64,000 bases of DNA, taken from Rhina ancylostomus (taxonomy: Eukaryota). Location of the stretch: assembly GCA_030265395.1 (NCBI GenBank), contig JARFYF010000036.1, forward strand, positions 13,965,928 through 14,029,927, written 5' to 3'. Below are positions 25,336 through 39,429 of this stretch, in pieces (positions within the stretch are counted from its first letter, which is position 1; each line of letters opens with the position of its first letter). The position numbers and the translations under genes are program-made. Below the pieces are notes generated by a model. That model was not told the origin of the DNA, made no database searches, and worked only from the letters and a program-made list of their open reading frames with translations.

Positions 25336-26554
25336 TATAGCACTGGAGAAAAACAATGAATTTCCCTCCTGTACTTTCTTCTCATAACATGCCAAATACA
25401 ATTCATTAGAACTAGAAAATAATCTCAAATATTCCTCTGTCTAAAACACCATTGACTTTCAATACTAGCTGTGTTTCTCTCTCTGCAGATATTATCTGAC
25501 CTATTAACCATTTCCAGCATTTCCTACTCCCTGCTTCCAGCATCCAGAACATTTCAGATTATTGTTGAATTTACGGTCAGGAAGTGCTTCCATTTATCTA
25601 GCCTTTTACTATCTTGAGAAAAGGCTGAAGTTCTTCCTTTGCAGTGAATTCTCAGAGATCCAAGGAGTGTTGTGTGAGGCATCCAGGTCAAAATAAACTC
25701 TTCTTCATTAGTTCCTTGGGAAAACATAGTGAAAGGTGAAACAGACATTCCAGACAGCTGGCCAATAAAATAATGTACCCTGTCATTTACATGGAATAAT
25801 GAACCTATGTTTATTGCTGCTGCTTCCTTGTGTGGGAAAATAGACACATTTTGATCACTCTCAGCAGAACAATGACAACCTGGATGACCCAGCTTTTGAA
25901 TCATGGCTAATGTGTGCAGGGACAAGCTGCAGGGTCTGTCGAACAGCTGTCAGTTTTAATGTCAGCATTAAAGTTGGGCTCATTACACGTAAGTCAAACT
26001 CTGCTTTCTGGGAGAATTGCAACTGTTTCGTTAGTTTGAAATCCACAGCTCATTAATGGTTAACCTAATTGTTATAGAAGGAACTTTCCCCAAAAGCACC
26101 ATTTAACATAATGCATTTCATTTTGTGTGTTAATTTGTTTGACCTCAGCTACAAGAAAAGTACCATAGCAACATAGATATGATAAACAGACTGGTAATCC
26201 AAAGGCTCACTCTTTCTACCTATATCAGAACTGTCCATTTCTGCCAGTTAGCCATCTGTGACTTTGACTCAGTTTTTCTCTCCCCATAGGTATATCCAGC
26301 CCTGCTATTAACAACACATAACAAAGACAAGCATCATCTAATTCTAACTGTCCTTTGGTCTCACCTTACCAGAGGTATTCTCTTTGTTCTAGCCATCTCT
26401 TCCCCCAGCTTCTTGTGACTGAAAACTAAGTAGTTTTCTCTCTTTCTCTGTTCTGACGAAGGATCCTGGACTTGTTTCCCTTTCTACAGATGCTGCTTGA
26501 CCTGCTTAGTGCTTCTAGCATTTTTTGGTTTTTTTCAGATTTTCAGCATCATTT

Positions 26555-27050
26555 ACTGGCAATCCAAGGGTCTGGAGACATGAGCTCAAATCTCACCAAG
26601 GTAGCTGGGAAATTTAAATTCAGCTCATTAAATAAATCTAGCATTGGTAATTACTGGACTGTCACATATCTTATAAAAGCCCCTCCAGTTCACCAGAGAG
26701 TCATATAGCTCGGAAGCAGGCCCTTAAGCCCAACTCGTCTATGCCAACCCAGGTGTCTTCCTGAACTAGTCCCATTTGCCTACATTTGGCCCATATCCTT
26801 CCAAACCATTCCATCCATGTATCTGTCCAAATGTCTTTTGAACATTGTAATTGTACCTGCCTCTATCACTTCCTCCGGCAGCTCGTTCTATATGCCCACC
26901 ACCCTCTGAAGGAAATAAGCTATTCCTACCTGGTGTTGCTTATATGTGGCTCCACTCTGAATTAGCCTTGCAAGCCACATGGGGAATTAGGCATAAACAA
27001 TAAGTGCTGGCTTTTGCAGTGAATCCCACATTCAATGAATATATTAACAT
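26555..27050 (+). mobile_element. Old SINE interrupted by a CR1 3' fragment (26695-26908, minus)
   Basis: SINE halves flank CR1 sequence 'cccatttgcctacatttggcccatatcc...cactt cctccggcagctcgttc'. Confidence 0.6.
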
Positions 27051-27589
27051 TAAAACAGCCATTTTGGATTAGATTTGAATTTTCTAATTGATCCAGTTCA
27101 GATCCATTGAGGTTGCACATGGATTAGAGGAAAGGGACTTGTATAGGAGGTTGCAAAGTTCTGTAGTGCATTCATAGTGCTGGGGAATATATCAAAAGTG
27201 TCCGAAAGGTGGGAATTTTTAATTTTTGAAATTAAAATTTGGTGGGAATTTTTCCCATTCTCATTATTTTCCCATTCACAGATGTCTAATGCTATAAACA
27301 TTTTGATAACTTAGTTAGAGATATACTAGATAAAAACAGATATTAAATCATGATCAGTTCACAGTATGCTTTCGTTAAAAGTAATTCTTTTCATATCTCT
27401 TTGGATTTCAAGCATTATATTTGAGTTTTCACAGAAATACTGAATTATGTAATCTGATCCTATAAAGTGCTGTAATCTGTGGATAAACTATTGTTTAAGT
27501 TATTCAGTTCTCTTGAAACAGTGCCCTTAGTTGAAAGCTACTTTAATAGCCTTATTGTTTAATCTATGGCTCAGACTTGCTGGATTTTC

Positions 27590-27880
27590 AAAGTCGAAGT
27601 TGAATTTGTCATATGCACAAGTACAATGAAAAACTTACTTGCAGCAGCATCGCAGGCACATTGCATCATATAAACAGCATTCACAGGAAAAACAGAAATT
27701 AAACAATTTTTACAAGAAAAAACGATTGGAACAAAAAAAAACAAAGACCATTTTAGTGCAATGTGATCAGAGCTGTCATAGTATTGCCGAACTGCAGTGA
27801 TGATTAGGGTTTTGCCATTTGGTTCAAGAACCAAATGGTTGAAGGGAAGTAGCTGTTCTTGAACCTGGTGGTGTGGGTTT
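27590..27880 (-). mobile_element. Rex1/Babar LINE 3' end
   Basis: 'gaagggaagtagctgttcttgaacctggtggtgtgg' and '...cttacttgcagcagcatc.caggcac' 3' UTR pattern. Confidence 0.6.
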
Positions 27881-29254
27881 TCTATGTGGCCATGTGTTTT
27901 CTCTTTTGTCAGTGGTCACGATTACATTTCAGAAGGTGTGATTTGGGTGCCTGAAGAAGTTTTTACTAGGGCCTTGAGAACCATGGTGGAAAGTCATTAA
28001 TTTTGTTGTCCAACTGAGCTGTTGTTCATGGGTTTGTCCTTCAACATGAATACTGACTGTCCTGACCACTCCCTTCCTTTGTCTTTTGGTGTAGGCTGAT
28101 TGAAACCAAGGCCTCCATCTTCTACCTAATTCATGCCAGCAGCATTATAGCACAAATCCTGAGTGCCCAGAACCAGATCTCTGCATTCTCAACTCTGCCT
28201 TCAAGCTGCACATTTAACCATGCTGTCTGGCCCTTTAAAATGCCTCAGCCATTTCAAACCAACCGATGTGAACCATTACCTGACTCCTACAGATTGGTCT
28301 TCAGCAATGTCCCCAGTTTGACTGCGGTCTTTAAATTAAACTGACCTCTGAATGTTCAGCAGTGTTAATCTTGTGGGCCTTGGATAATCCACTGTCACAC
28401 ATTTAGAGAAAAAGCTGGACTAACTAGACTTCTTGAAATAAATGTACCTGCCAAAGCAGTTGAGTGCTAAAACAACACAAGTAATTTGCCTTAACAAAAA
28501 GTGCTTCTTTCCTAAGCTAATGCAGTGTCCTTTCCCAAAACAAGAGCTCAAAGGTGGTCCGTGCAGAGTGGAATCATATCCAGGTAAAAGCAGCTGTGAA
28601 CCGTGAGGTTTCTTTTATCAGGATATTGTCAGTAAAATGGCAATGGATGCAGTTGGCAGGCCATCAGCCAATCATTTGTTCCTTCTAGAAGCTTTACCCC
28701 CCCCCCCACCCCCCAACCCCATAAAAAGGTTTTTTTTTAAACAGTAAAAAAACAGGTTATAATTGTAGACAGCCCAGTAGGAAAGCAGCTGTGTAGTGAG
28801 TTTTTAACATTCCGGCATAATAATATTGGCAGAGGTCTTTCTTTAAAGCGTCTTCTTTAAACTTATCAAAGCCATGTGACTGAACTGAGGTTGGAGTCTC
28901 TTTCATGGTAATTGGTGCAGCACAGGCTGTCTGAGCATTCCAGGAGTAGGCAAGGGAGGAGATGGAATCCCCCCAGCAGCAGTTTTTGGGTGGGGTCAAA
29001 CCTGCTTAACACCACAGATTTGTTTTTCTTTTAAAAATGTTTTCACAAAATCTGATCCCCCTTCTGATGTGTTTGTAATGGGTGGAAAATATGTGCTGGT
29101 AAAATAGCTAGGAAACTAATTACTGCAAGATGAACAGGCATCTATGAGCAATATTTGACACACTGTATTCCTCATTTGACCTGTTTTGAAGCTAGTTTAT
29201 ATCATTATCCTTTTTATATAAAATTGTTTTGAGTTACCAGATAATATATAAAAA

Positions 29255-29475
29255 AACCTAAAATAAAAACTGAAAATGCTGGAAACACTTAGCAGGCCAA
29301 GAAGCATCTGTGGAAACAAAAAACAATCCGTGATTGAACCATTCTGACAAGGGCCTTCAACCTGAAAAATTACTAGATAATAGTTCTCTCTCCACAGATG
29401 CTGCTCAACCTGCTGAGTGTTTTCAGCATTTTCCATTTTTATTTTTATATTTCCAGCATCCACAGATTTTTTGAT
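29255..29475. mobile_element. Inverted (palindromic) Penelope pseudo-LTR pair
   Basis: aaatgctggaaacacttagcagg...gcatctgtgga and tccacagatgctgctcaacctgctgagtgttttcagcattt arms. Confidence 0.7.
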
Positions 29476-31414
29476 CTCTGTTCAACAGCTCATCTTATAT
29501 TGTGTGTCTGTAAAATAGCAGCAGATGGATCAGGACACTGTTCTCCTTTGAAGTTAATCTTCCGAACTCGATCAAGTACCTCTGGATAAACACGGGGATG
29601 AGAAGCTGTAAAACAAAGCAAATGTAAGCTTAAATCATAAAAGTCATTGTTCAATTCCCTCCATGGAAATCTCTGTGGGAAATTGGCTGCCATATCTGTC
29701 TGCACTACAGAAATACAAATTCCTTCTTTACATGCACACCACTTGCATTTTACAACCTTAGTTTAACATCCACCGAGCAGCAGACAGTGCAGAGAACTGG
29801 GTGGGTAAAGCTGTACCAAAAGCCTTGGCAACTCCACAGTTATGTTTGGGTGTTGCCCATTCAATTGCTTACACTTTGCATTCCTCAGTTCTGTGAGTGT
29901 GTCAGGTTGTAGGAAGAACCAGCAGAGCAGGATAAAACTGCTTGGGTTATAATGAATAGAAAGCAGTCAGTGTATTTTGTAAAAAGTGGGATGAGCCCTC
30001 TTTATCTGTCTATGTAAATGCCCAATATTATCATATGAAGGAGAATCATTAACTGGGAGTTGTTTCAGGATGTGTTTAAGATGATCATAGGATTTGTTAG
30101 GGTAAATAGAGAGAAGCTATTTCTTCTGATGGGTGAGGATACAGGACATTGAGCCAATGGCCTGTGATGTCTAGAAGCAAAAGCAGAGTAGAGAACTCTC
30201 TGTGCATAAAACCTGTAAGGTACAGCATCAGTTAAAAGCTTCAAAAACAACATTGACAGATTGTTATCAGGCAAGTGTATTGAGTTAGGGAACTACAGCA
30301 GGTGAATGAAGCTTCACTGATCATCCATGATCTGATTGAATAATGGAACAGGCTCAACCGGTTGAATGGACCACTTCTGTTCCTATGAGTCACCAAAGGG
30401 CAAGAAAGCTAACTGAAAAAGGCATTTCACAGCCATTATCACAATACCAGTACAAGATCCTGTCATCTGTTACGTTTGTAATTTGCATTTTAAGCAGCCA
30501 TTTTCATTTTTGGCAGTATGAGAACAGCCATTATCTGTAACCTGGAGAATGACTTCTGTGCAAAGTGAATGATTAGAATTGAAACATAACCTGAGACATG
30601 TTGGAAACCCTGAATTAGGCAATGGTTTTGGTCAGTAGGACCAACCGGCAGAATTTATACAATCTGTCTTTTAATGCCTGACTTATTGTTGGTTCTACTG
30701 AAGTCATTGGAACTATACCAACCACTTTGTTCATGTACTCAAGATGCATTTTTTTTCTTCCAAACTGCCATCCACAAGATATACAATCCTAAGTACAATA
30801 AAAAACAATCCTCAAGGATAAATGAACATGAGCTTGTCAACACTGCTGGTCCATTTCAGATTGATTTTCATTTCATTTTATCCCTGCAACCTTCGACGTA
30901 TTGTTTAGTGTTTCTGACAAGGTGAATGTTCCTCAGGAAAATGGGATTAACCCATTTCAAGGGCTCAGATCAATCAGACTAGCACTTCCTGATTCCTGTT
31001 CTCAGCCATTTATTGGACTGATTTTCATGGGTGTGGTTCTTAGTCTGACCATGAACCACACAATTAGAACCTGTCCTCTCTTCATTACTGTTGTTCATCC
31101 TTCGACACACACTACACCATACATACACTCAGCACGCGCACACGCACACACACATAGATGTAATATTTTGTGTGTGTCCTTTAAGAACTGTAATGTGTGC
31201 CGATTTGTTCACCTGCTCTCAATGTGGACAGTACACTGTATAGAACTTGCTGAAAGTCAGTTCTGATGACCTGCGAGGTTAACTCTTGTTACTCTTACCA
31301 TGGATGCTGCCTTACATATTGAGTATTTCTGTTATTTTCTGTTTTATTTCACATTTCTGGATCTGCAATTTTTTGTTTTTCAATTGCTAGCAAGTCTAAC
31401 TGTCTCTGTAGAGA

Positions 31415-31620
31415 AGGCACAAGAGACTGCAGATGCTAGAATCTGGAGCAAAAAAGCAAACTGCTGGAGGAACTCAATGGGTCAGGCAGCATCTGTGGAG
31501 GCAGGAGGATGGTCAATGTTTCGGGTTCTGATGCAGGGACTCGACCTGAAACATCGACCATCCCACTGCCTCCACAGATGCTGCCTGACCTGTTGAGTTC
31601 CTCCAGCAGTTTGTTATTTT
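31415..31620. mobile_element. Palindromic Penelope-derived mini-element
   Basis: About 70-bp inverted arms around a CTGATGC...GAAAC centre. Confidence 0.75.
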
Positions 31621-32744
31621 CTATCTGAAGAGAAGGCTATTGTCAAAAATCCTACGTTGCACAATGTAAGTTCTTTTGTTCACTAAAGTACCTTTGTTTG
31701 TTAATTTAATTTACAAGCTATACTCCCATACCTTGGTGAGTGAAGGAAAGATACTGAGACACACACCACACACATCGCATCGCACACATCACCTCCATTT
31801 CATACTCCCGCACATGCACAGACATCCTGCACCTCAGTCCATGAACGTAGTACCTCTGTGCTACCTACCAGATACAGACACATAAAAACAGTGTATACAC
31901 AGCACAGACTATGGCCAAGAGAGACTGGGAACATGTGACCTGCTTTGAGACCACTAACAATATTATGAGTTCATGAGAGGCTGAGAATTGTCCCGGATAA
32001 CTGGCATCTTATTGGTGTTGCTCTGGGAAAAGAACACCTCGGCTCAGTGCCAAATCCCCACTTCCCATCAGTGATGCAGATAAGGGTGCTTACTGAGTGG
32101 GGACTCACAGACAGAATCTTCATCCTATCACCCCTGGATCACTGAGCTGTCTGGTCAGTTCCCAAATGTAAAGCAGCTTGGTGATCCTGCTCAGTTAGTG
32201 CTGGGTACAGTGACTGGCTTCCAGCTCATCATATCTGCTGTTGATCATTCAAACTCAAAAAAACCCAGCAATTAGCAAAAGGGTGAAAAATAACGAATTC
32301 TTTACAATTGGTCCTCAGAAACTCATCAGTACCAGAACTCTTTAACTATTGGAAGTAAATTTAACCTAAATACTTCCCATTGAGTTTTAAGGTTAAGGTT
32401 AAATTCACCCAGTTTTACTGCCCTTTGAGGTTAAGTGAAAGTAATATTGAGGGAGGTATAATGTCAACATCACTTCCACTCCCTTGGGATTCCCATCCAG
32501 TGAGTCACATTAAAATTACTCCAGATACTCACTTTTCCTTGGGAGCAGTTCCAGGATCTGTGCTGTGATGAGGACAGAAGACCCATCCTCTCCATTGTAA
32601 AATGTCATCTAAACCATGCAAACAAATCAATTCGAAACACAGGCACTTTGCGTAGCTCTGTAGAGCCCAACCAGGCAGCACCCAATGAGTTTAGTGTATG
32701 TGAACTTTGTGGTTAGTGTGTTCCCAATTTAGTGTTTTACAATT

Positions 32745-33490
32745 CAGACTCACAAGGTGATCTCCTCTACATTAGAAGATCGAAATACGGGTTGGGGACT
32801 GCTTTGAAGAATATCTCTGTGAAGAACATCAAGGGTTACCCTGAGCTACCAATCGCCCATCATTATAATTCTCCATTCCTCTCCCACTCTGACCTCTCTG
32901 CCTTTTGGCTCCATCATTGTTTCAATGAAACTTGAGGAACAGCACCTCATCTTCCCAGCAGCCCCAGGTCACAGTGCTGAATTCAATAATTTCAGATAAC
33001 CAACCTTTCCTCTTTGTCAAAACTGGCCAGTTCTGGCATGAGGTCATCCACCGGTCATCAACTCAGTTTTTCCCTCTCCACAGATACCACCTGATCTACT
33101 GAGTATTTCCAGCATTCTCTTTTATTTCAGGTTTTCAGCAACTGCGAAGTTCTACATCTCATGATTCCATCAATTAATTGGCTTTTCATTTAATTTCCAC
33201 CGGAGAGATCAATTATGATTTAAAACATTCATTTTCCTTTCTTAGATGGCATTGTAAGTGATTGTGCCATGTCTCCACCCTATCACAGTTGCTGCCTTTC
33301 TTCTCTCCAGCTCTACCCTACTAATTAACGTCAAACATGCTTGTTTTCTTACATTTCCGATGCTGATGAAGGTCATTAATATCACGGTTAACTCCTTCTC
33401 TCTCCACAGATGTTGCTTGACCCTGATGAGCATCTCCAGCATTTTCCATTTTTATTTCAGGTTTCCAGCATCTGCAGTTCTTTTGCTTTT
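32745..33490 (+). mobile_element. Penelope GIY-YIG remnant and tandem pseudo-LTR fragments
   Basis: DLLYIRRSKYGLG...PELPIAHHYNSPFLSHSDLS followed by two pseudo-LTR motifs. Confidence 0.65.
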
Positions 33491-34302
33491 CAGCGGCCAT
33501 AGAACTGTGGATCATTCAAAGTATAAAATTCTTCCTGTAAGTTATACAGAGAGATTTTTGAGACACATTTATCAATATACAAGCCAAAACATCATCTCCA
33601 ATACTGAGATAATCTGCAGTGTTCTTCTATTCTGTATGGGACCAATACTGTCCACAATGTTGGCAACAGTGACTGGGCCTTCCAAATCTACTCAATTACC
33701 TATTGAGAAATGGTGTTTCCAGGACTTTTCTAAAAAAAAACCTGACTGTCTGTTACCCACTGCCCTGTTGTTAACAGTGGGTATATTCAGAGGTCTAGTA
33801 ACATGGCTATATTTATAGTTATGGACTGATTTTGTGGTTCAACAGTTGAAACCTGCTTTATTTCTAAAGTTCAAGTTTATTGTCATGGGTGGGCATACCT
33901 ACCCAGGATATAAATGTCATGAAAGTTAGTTTTTTTTGCGGGAGCAGCATAGTACATTACAAACATGACAAACCTAAATTAGCAGGTTAATTTAAGTAAA
34001 ATAAAGTCCAATAGAAGAATAAATTCCAATAAAAGACTTAGCTCTTTTTTGCTATAGTGCAAACCTATGCCTGAAGGTAGCAAAATAAAGTACTGTTTTA
34101 AACAGGCTTTACCTTTACAGAGGGAACTGTATAATTGCTATTCAAAGCCACAGAGAAATGTGACTTAGATGGCCCTTATTTTAGGAATGAGGTGGGTATT
34201 CCAAAACACACATGTCCTCTAGGCACCAGATGGGTTCCACCTGCCATATTGAGGAAGACCATTATGAATTATAAGGCTCAAACCTGAAAAAAAATGTTAG
34301 GC

Positions 34303-34554
34303 TGTGGCGACTTACCTTTCACGAACCGGCTCCCACGATTGCGAGCGTCGTCGGAGGCTCCGACACAAGATGGCACGGGGCACTCCTTCTTTGTGGGCTA
34401 GTGGAGCCCGTGCGCGGGAAGGTCACGTGACCTGCGCGTGACGTCAGCGTGGGAATGGTGTTTATTAAAGGGGCAGCACACCCCAGTCGTGCATTCGACT
34501 CTTGGACTCCAAACAAGTGTCCCGTGTCTTTATTCAGTGTAGCTAGTCGCTACA
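34303..34554 (+). mobile_element. Solo LTR (252 bp, TG...CA), CpG-rich
   Basis: Terminal inverted repeat TGTGGCGACT / AGTCGCTACA (1 mismatch); sharp GC/CpG contrast with the flanks; no clear target-site duplication. Orientation is inferred. Confidence 0.7.
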
Positions 34555-34985
34555 GTGGAAACCTACACCCGTGACAGTTTAAGTTAAGTGGGAGCGGAAC
34601 CCTAAGAGTATAAACACAGTAGGAACAGAGGCCCTGAGACATTAAATGCAATGGCATCTTGGGCCCCATGAGTTTAAGTTGAGCAGGAACGGAGTCCCAA
34701 GCATTTAAACACAGTAGGGACAGAGCCCAAGGGTGTAAACATAGCAGGAAATAACTTCAAGAATTTAATTGCAGAAAGATAAAAGCTCTGAGTATTTTGA
34801 TACAACAGGATGAGCCTTGTGACTATAAACACACCAGGGACTGAAACCCTAAGTGACTAAAATGAGCGGAAACAGGGACCCCCAAGAATTTAACCACAGA
34901 GGCATTAGAGGCCCTGAACATTTAAACACAATGGAAACAGAGGTCCCAGTAAAAACAATGGGAATACCTACACCAAGAGAATAAA
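34555..34985 (+). repeat. Degenerate ~31-bp tandem array (about 13 units)
   Basis: Units resembling 'tttaaacacagtaggaacagaggccctgaga' repeated with high divergence. Confidence 0.75.
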
Positions 34986-35519
34986 TGTAACGATATCTTT
35001 AAATGGCCACGGCCGGGATATCTTTCCTATGGTTGAATGCAAAGTCCTCAATTGCTGCTTAGTAGATGGGGTGTTAGCTTCATTAGTCAGCACTGGTTAA
35101 GCAACATTGGTGTTGCTTAACACCAGAATGTTATCTGCATCATAATCTGTCAATTATGCACATTTTCATTAAGCAGGACTATCATGTCCACAGGTACCCT
35201 CCCCAGTCGTTCAGCCAATACAAGTCACACTGCTAGGTTGCATATGATGGGCATCAGATGACAAATTGGAGGCCAAATTTATCAGCCATTTCCCTCAGAG
35301 TTCCATTATTGTTCATACTTCTTCTAAAAGTACATTAATTTTTCGCATTGCAAGTCCTTTCTTCTTAAATTCCTGTGAATAATTAAATGTTGATTCCACC
35401 ACATCCTTGATATCACTAATAGGACTTTGTAGGACCTAGCATGTATTAAGTAATCTTAAAAAGACTTCTCTNNNNNNNNNNATGTAGGTCAGCCTATGAA
35501 TTACTATTGGATGTGAGTC

Positions 35520-35830
35520 ACTGGTGTAACCATAGGGAACACAACAAGTAAATTACAAATGGTATATATTCAAATGTCAGTTTGATAATAACCTCATGAT
35601 CTGTTTCAGTGATGTTGATTGACAGATAAATATCGGCGTGGATACCAGAGGTATTTGCACAGCTCTTCTTCAAGTAGTCTCTTTGGATCATTTTATATTC
35701 ATCTTTTACATAACTCTTTTCTGAAATTAACCACCTCATCAGAAAGAAAGCACCTTTGACAATGTAGCAGTCCCTGTTAATAAACTCAACTGTCAGCCTA
35801 GATTTTTGTGATGTTACATTATGAGGCACA
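35520..35830 (-). mobile_element. Deu-domain SINE (SacSINE/AmnSINE-like), old
   Basis: Reverse complement contains 'cacaaaaatctaggctgaca...gggactgctacattgtcaaaggtgc...ttgaagaagagc...atatttatc..tcaatcaacatcact'. Confidence 0.65.
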
Positions 35831-38800
35831 GAATGAGGCCTATAAATCAGAATCTTTCCCAAGGATCTCGGCTTCTGAGATTTTGTTTATATATGATTTC
35901 CCAAATCAAATGAAGAGGTTTCTAATTACCATCCTACATTTTAAAGTACTTGAAATGGAAAGTTTGCAATAACTTTATGGGCAACTGTAATATTGATTTA
36001 GGGTCCTAGCTAACAAACTTGCTGCACCTAAATTTCTGCTTTGAGGATTTAAAATGCCACAGAGGGATTAGACATGTATCCAATCAAAATATTATTTCTC
36101 ATGCTTTGGAATACTGAAATAACGTTTTAACACCATTGCTTGAAGGCCCTGTTGGTAATATAAACACCAAAGGTTTGACAGTGTTTGCCAAGTTCAATAA
36201 TATTAGCAACTATAATAGCCTTGTTGCAGTTATCAGTAAAGATCAGTCCTTGTGACTGACTTTTTGACTAAACTACATTAACATATTTTATTTAGAGGTA
36301 AAACATAAAATATCCATTTTAGAGAACATCATTATTTTTAGTTAGATTTTTATTTTCAGGTGGATTTTGTCAGTGATTAGTCCATTATTTAGTGTTCTAA
36401 GTGGTGAAGTTAGTCATTACATTTGCCATGCTGGCAGGGATCCACTGGTTATACTTTGGGTGTGCTAACTGGGATCTTCTTCTGTATAGTTTGTTCATCA
36501 GTATCCTGGCTACATGTCCAACTGCCCTTTAGAAGAGTGATCAATACACGTGGCTGATTATCCTCCTCGCCATTGACTGCAGTTTGAGAAGACAGGACCA
36601 GTTAGCTTAAAATACTAATTTCAAATTTGAAAACTAAAGTGTGTATATATTTCTATAAATAGACTTGGCAAAAATACTAGGCAGCAGAAACATAGTTCCA
36701 GAAAATAAATAAAATGAGAAGACGCAGGAGAGATGTAAAGGTAAGAACATAAATGATAAGCAATCACTCCTAACTTGGTCTTCCACACTCCTACAATATA
36801 TTGGCACCAAATGTATCAATGGGAATCTTTTCTGAGTAAAACTGACAACTGTGAATTGAGGAGTCAAAATAATTTAGTACATCACGTGCTGTTGGACAGA
36901 AAATGTACCGTTGATTATTAGTTGTAGAATTCTACAGAAAAATATGACATTAATCAAAATGGAAACTAACCTTAAAGGTTGGCTTACACATTATCAGCAG
37001 ATGTGAAATTTAGAGTGGTAGAAATAATGTATAAATTGCCAGATTTATTATGTAAACTCGCAGCAGATATTCTAGGGAAGCCAAAGATTTCCTCAGTTTG
37101 GACGGCGTAAATATACTAAAGACAGGTAGGACAGAAGTAATTGCATCTCCCATTCATTGGCCTCTTGACATTTATCTGGGGCTAGGGGTGGGGGAAAGAA
37201 CAAAGCAAAACCTCCCGAAAAGATATTGTCCACATAATTGAAGTTTTATCTTCTTTTCCATCTCCTAGGGGATCGATAGGCTGACTGGTGGAGTATGTAA
37301 TGGAACAGAGAAACATTGGACACAGTTGCACCAATGTAAGTCTGGTGTGGATGATGAACCATTCAGCTTTTTCTTTTGGTTATGTTCCTACTTCCCTCTT
37401 TTTAAGGTGCCTGCATCTGATTGAGAGTACATTGCAGTATCTGATGTGATAAAACACTTGGTTAATCTACACTCATTTGGAACAATCAGAAGTAGTTACT
37501 GTCAAAAGTATTAACATTTTCCCAACCTGACAGCAACATCCTGTAGCTTCCATTACTCAACCCAACTATCTGCTGCATTTCTGATCCAAATTATTTTTAA
37601 AAAATACTATCTCAGCAATAAGGAGATTTTGTTTGTTATTTTTGGTCAGTTTTTCTTGCTTTGATATCTTCACGAGCATTTTTCCCCTCTTATCACATTG
37701 ACATTGGTGACCAATAACTTTGCTAGATCTTCAAAATGAGTCGGTCTTCCAAAATATTAGCCTATTTGTTCCCTGTGGATCTTCTGCAGACGCTATTAAC
37801 AAAGAGTTACCACATGATTATCTTTCCAAATTAAACACAGTTAGATCTATTTATAATGTAAATTCAACTTAGTCAAATGAAGTGCCTCTCTAATGTTAAT
37901 GTTATCTCTAGCATGTCCTATTAAATTCTGGTCTGCATGTAGGAACTCAACATAATATTTATGTTGTACAATTGCATATGTCCAGGAAAAAAAAATTGAA
38001 CTGAAAAGTGATTTTTTTATTAAAATGTTTTCAGTTTACATAGTGAGATAGTTAACTGACATAGCTAACACAGACTATTCTACTCTTCGATCAAAGCCTT
38101 CTGATCAAGAACACATAACAAACCTATGTTTTATGGCTATAAATCTAAGTAATCAATATTTTAAGCACAAGAAAATATCATCTTTCAAGTCTCACGTCAT
38201 GTTCTGACTACCTGGTCATAACCATTTTAATCATAATGTGCTGCAGGATTTGTCAACAGTAAGCTGGTATTGCATAAAGCTTCTCCTGATATTAATGATC
38301 CTTGGGAATACTCAGAAATGAATTCTGAGCACTGTGCAACAAACATACTCTACTCATTACTTGCAAAGTAAAGGAACCTACATACCATAGATCATAAATT
38401 AACTGCCTAAAATGAAATATTGTAGCATCCTGCCTTGTAAAGCACAATTTGAATGTTTCTACCACACCCATGAGATCAGACCAAGAGAAAGAAAAATCAG
38501 GAACTGGATCAGCTTTCAGTTAGGAAGTTAAAATGTGACCTTGCTTTCAGAGTGTTGTGCAGTTTAAAACTAGTTCTGCCATATTTTGCAAGTTCTTAAA
38601 TCAGTCTTCAAAATTAGAAAGTTTCAGTGGACTTCAGCACTAAACTATGAAAAGCAAACAAAAATTAACCCTTCCGCTTCATTCCTCTTCACCATTGGAG
38701 GTGGGTGACAAGCAAACTCACCTCTTATATAACCAAGCCCGCTTTCACAAAACATATTTCAACCTGTTTACTTTGTCTTATGGATCCATCGCTATGGTGG

Positions 38801-39429
38801 AAATTCTAGGAATCCATTTGACCTTGAATGCTGAAAGTTCAGCTTAGATTGATGGAACATTTCTAAAATTGGCTATATTTGCTGTATTTGCTTATGCTGA
38901 GCTCATACATCTTTTAACTAAATGCAGTAACCTTTCAATGGAACTATACAGAGACTAAGTTGATTGATTAACTATTGTTTTAATAATTTCCAATCAATTT
39001 CCAGCTTGTTAATATATAATAACTAAGATATTTGAAATCTTTGGGTCAAGTGTTGTTGAAGATGTTGTGGTGCTGAATGATACATACCATTATTAATATT
39101 CAGATCACCTTCTAACCCTTAGTTGGGGAACCTCTAGCATTGTGAATCATCATTGTTTATTGGCCATTTTAATCCAATCTGCCATTAGCTTTGTGAAAAC
39201 AGCACCAGGACTTTAATTTCCCAGCAAGTTTCTATAAATTGCTGTATTTGCATATTAACTTCCCATTAAATTCATCATAGAAAGTAGTTAACAGTATGCA
39301 CTTTTTAACAATATGATAATTGTTAATGTCTAGCAATCAATTTCTCTTGCCCAGAAAGTGAGCATTTAAGTGGGGAGTCATTTTCCTTCAATGTGTAAGG
39401 TGTTATCGGAGATTGTCAAAATGTCATTG

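Noticed and set aside
33258-33818. 186-aa ORF
   Set aside because: Reads through a non-coding Penelope-derived repeat; chance ORF.
34555-34985. Possible CRISPR-like array
   Set aside because: No identical repeats with unique spacers, no cas genes, and a vertebrate context; it is a degenerate tandem repeat.
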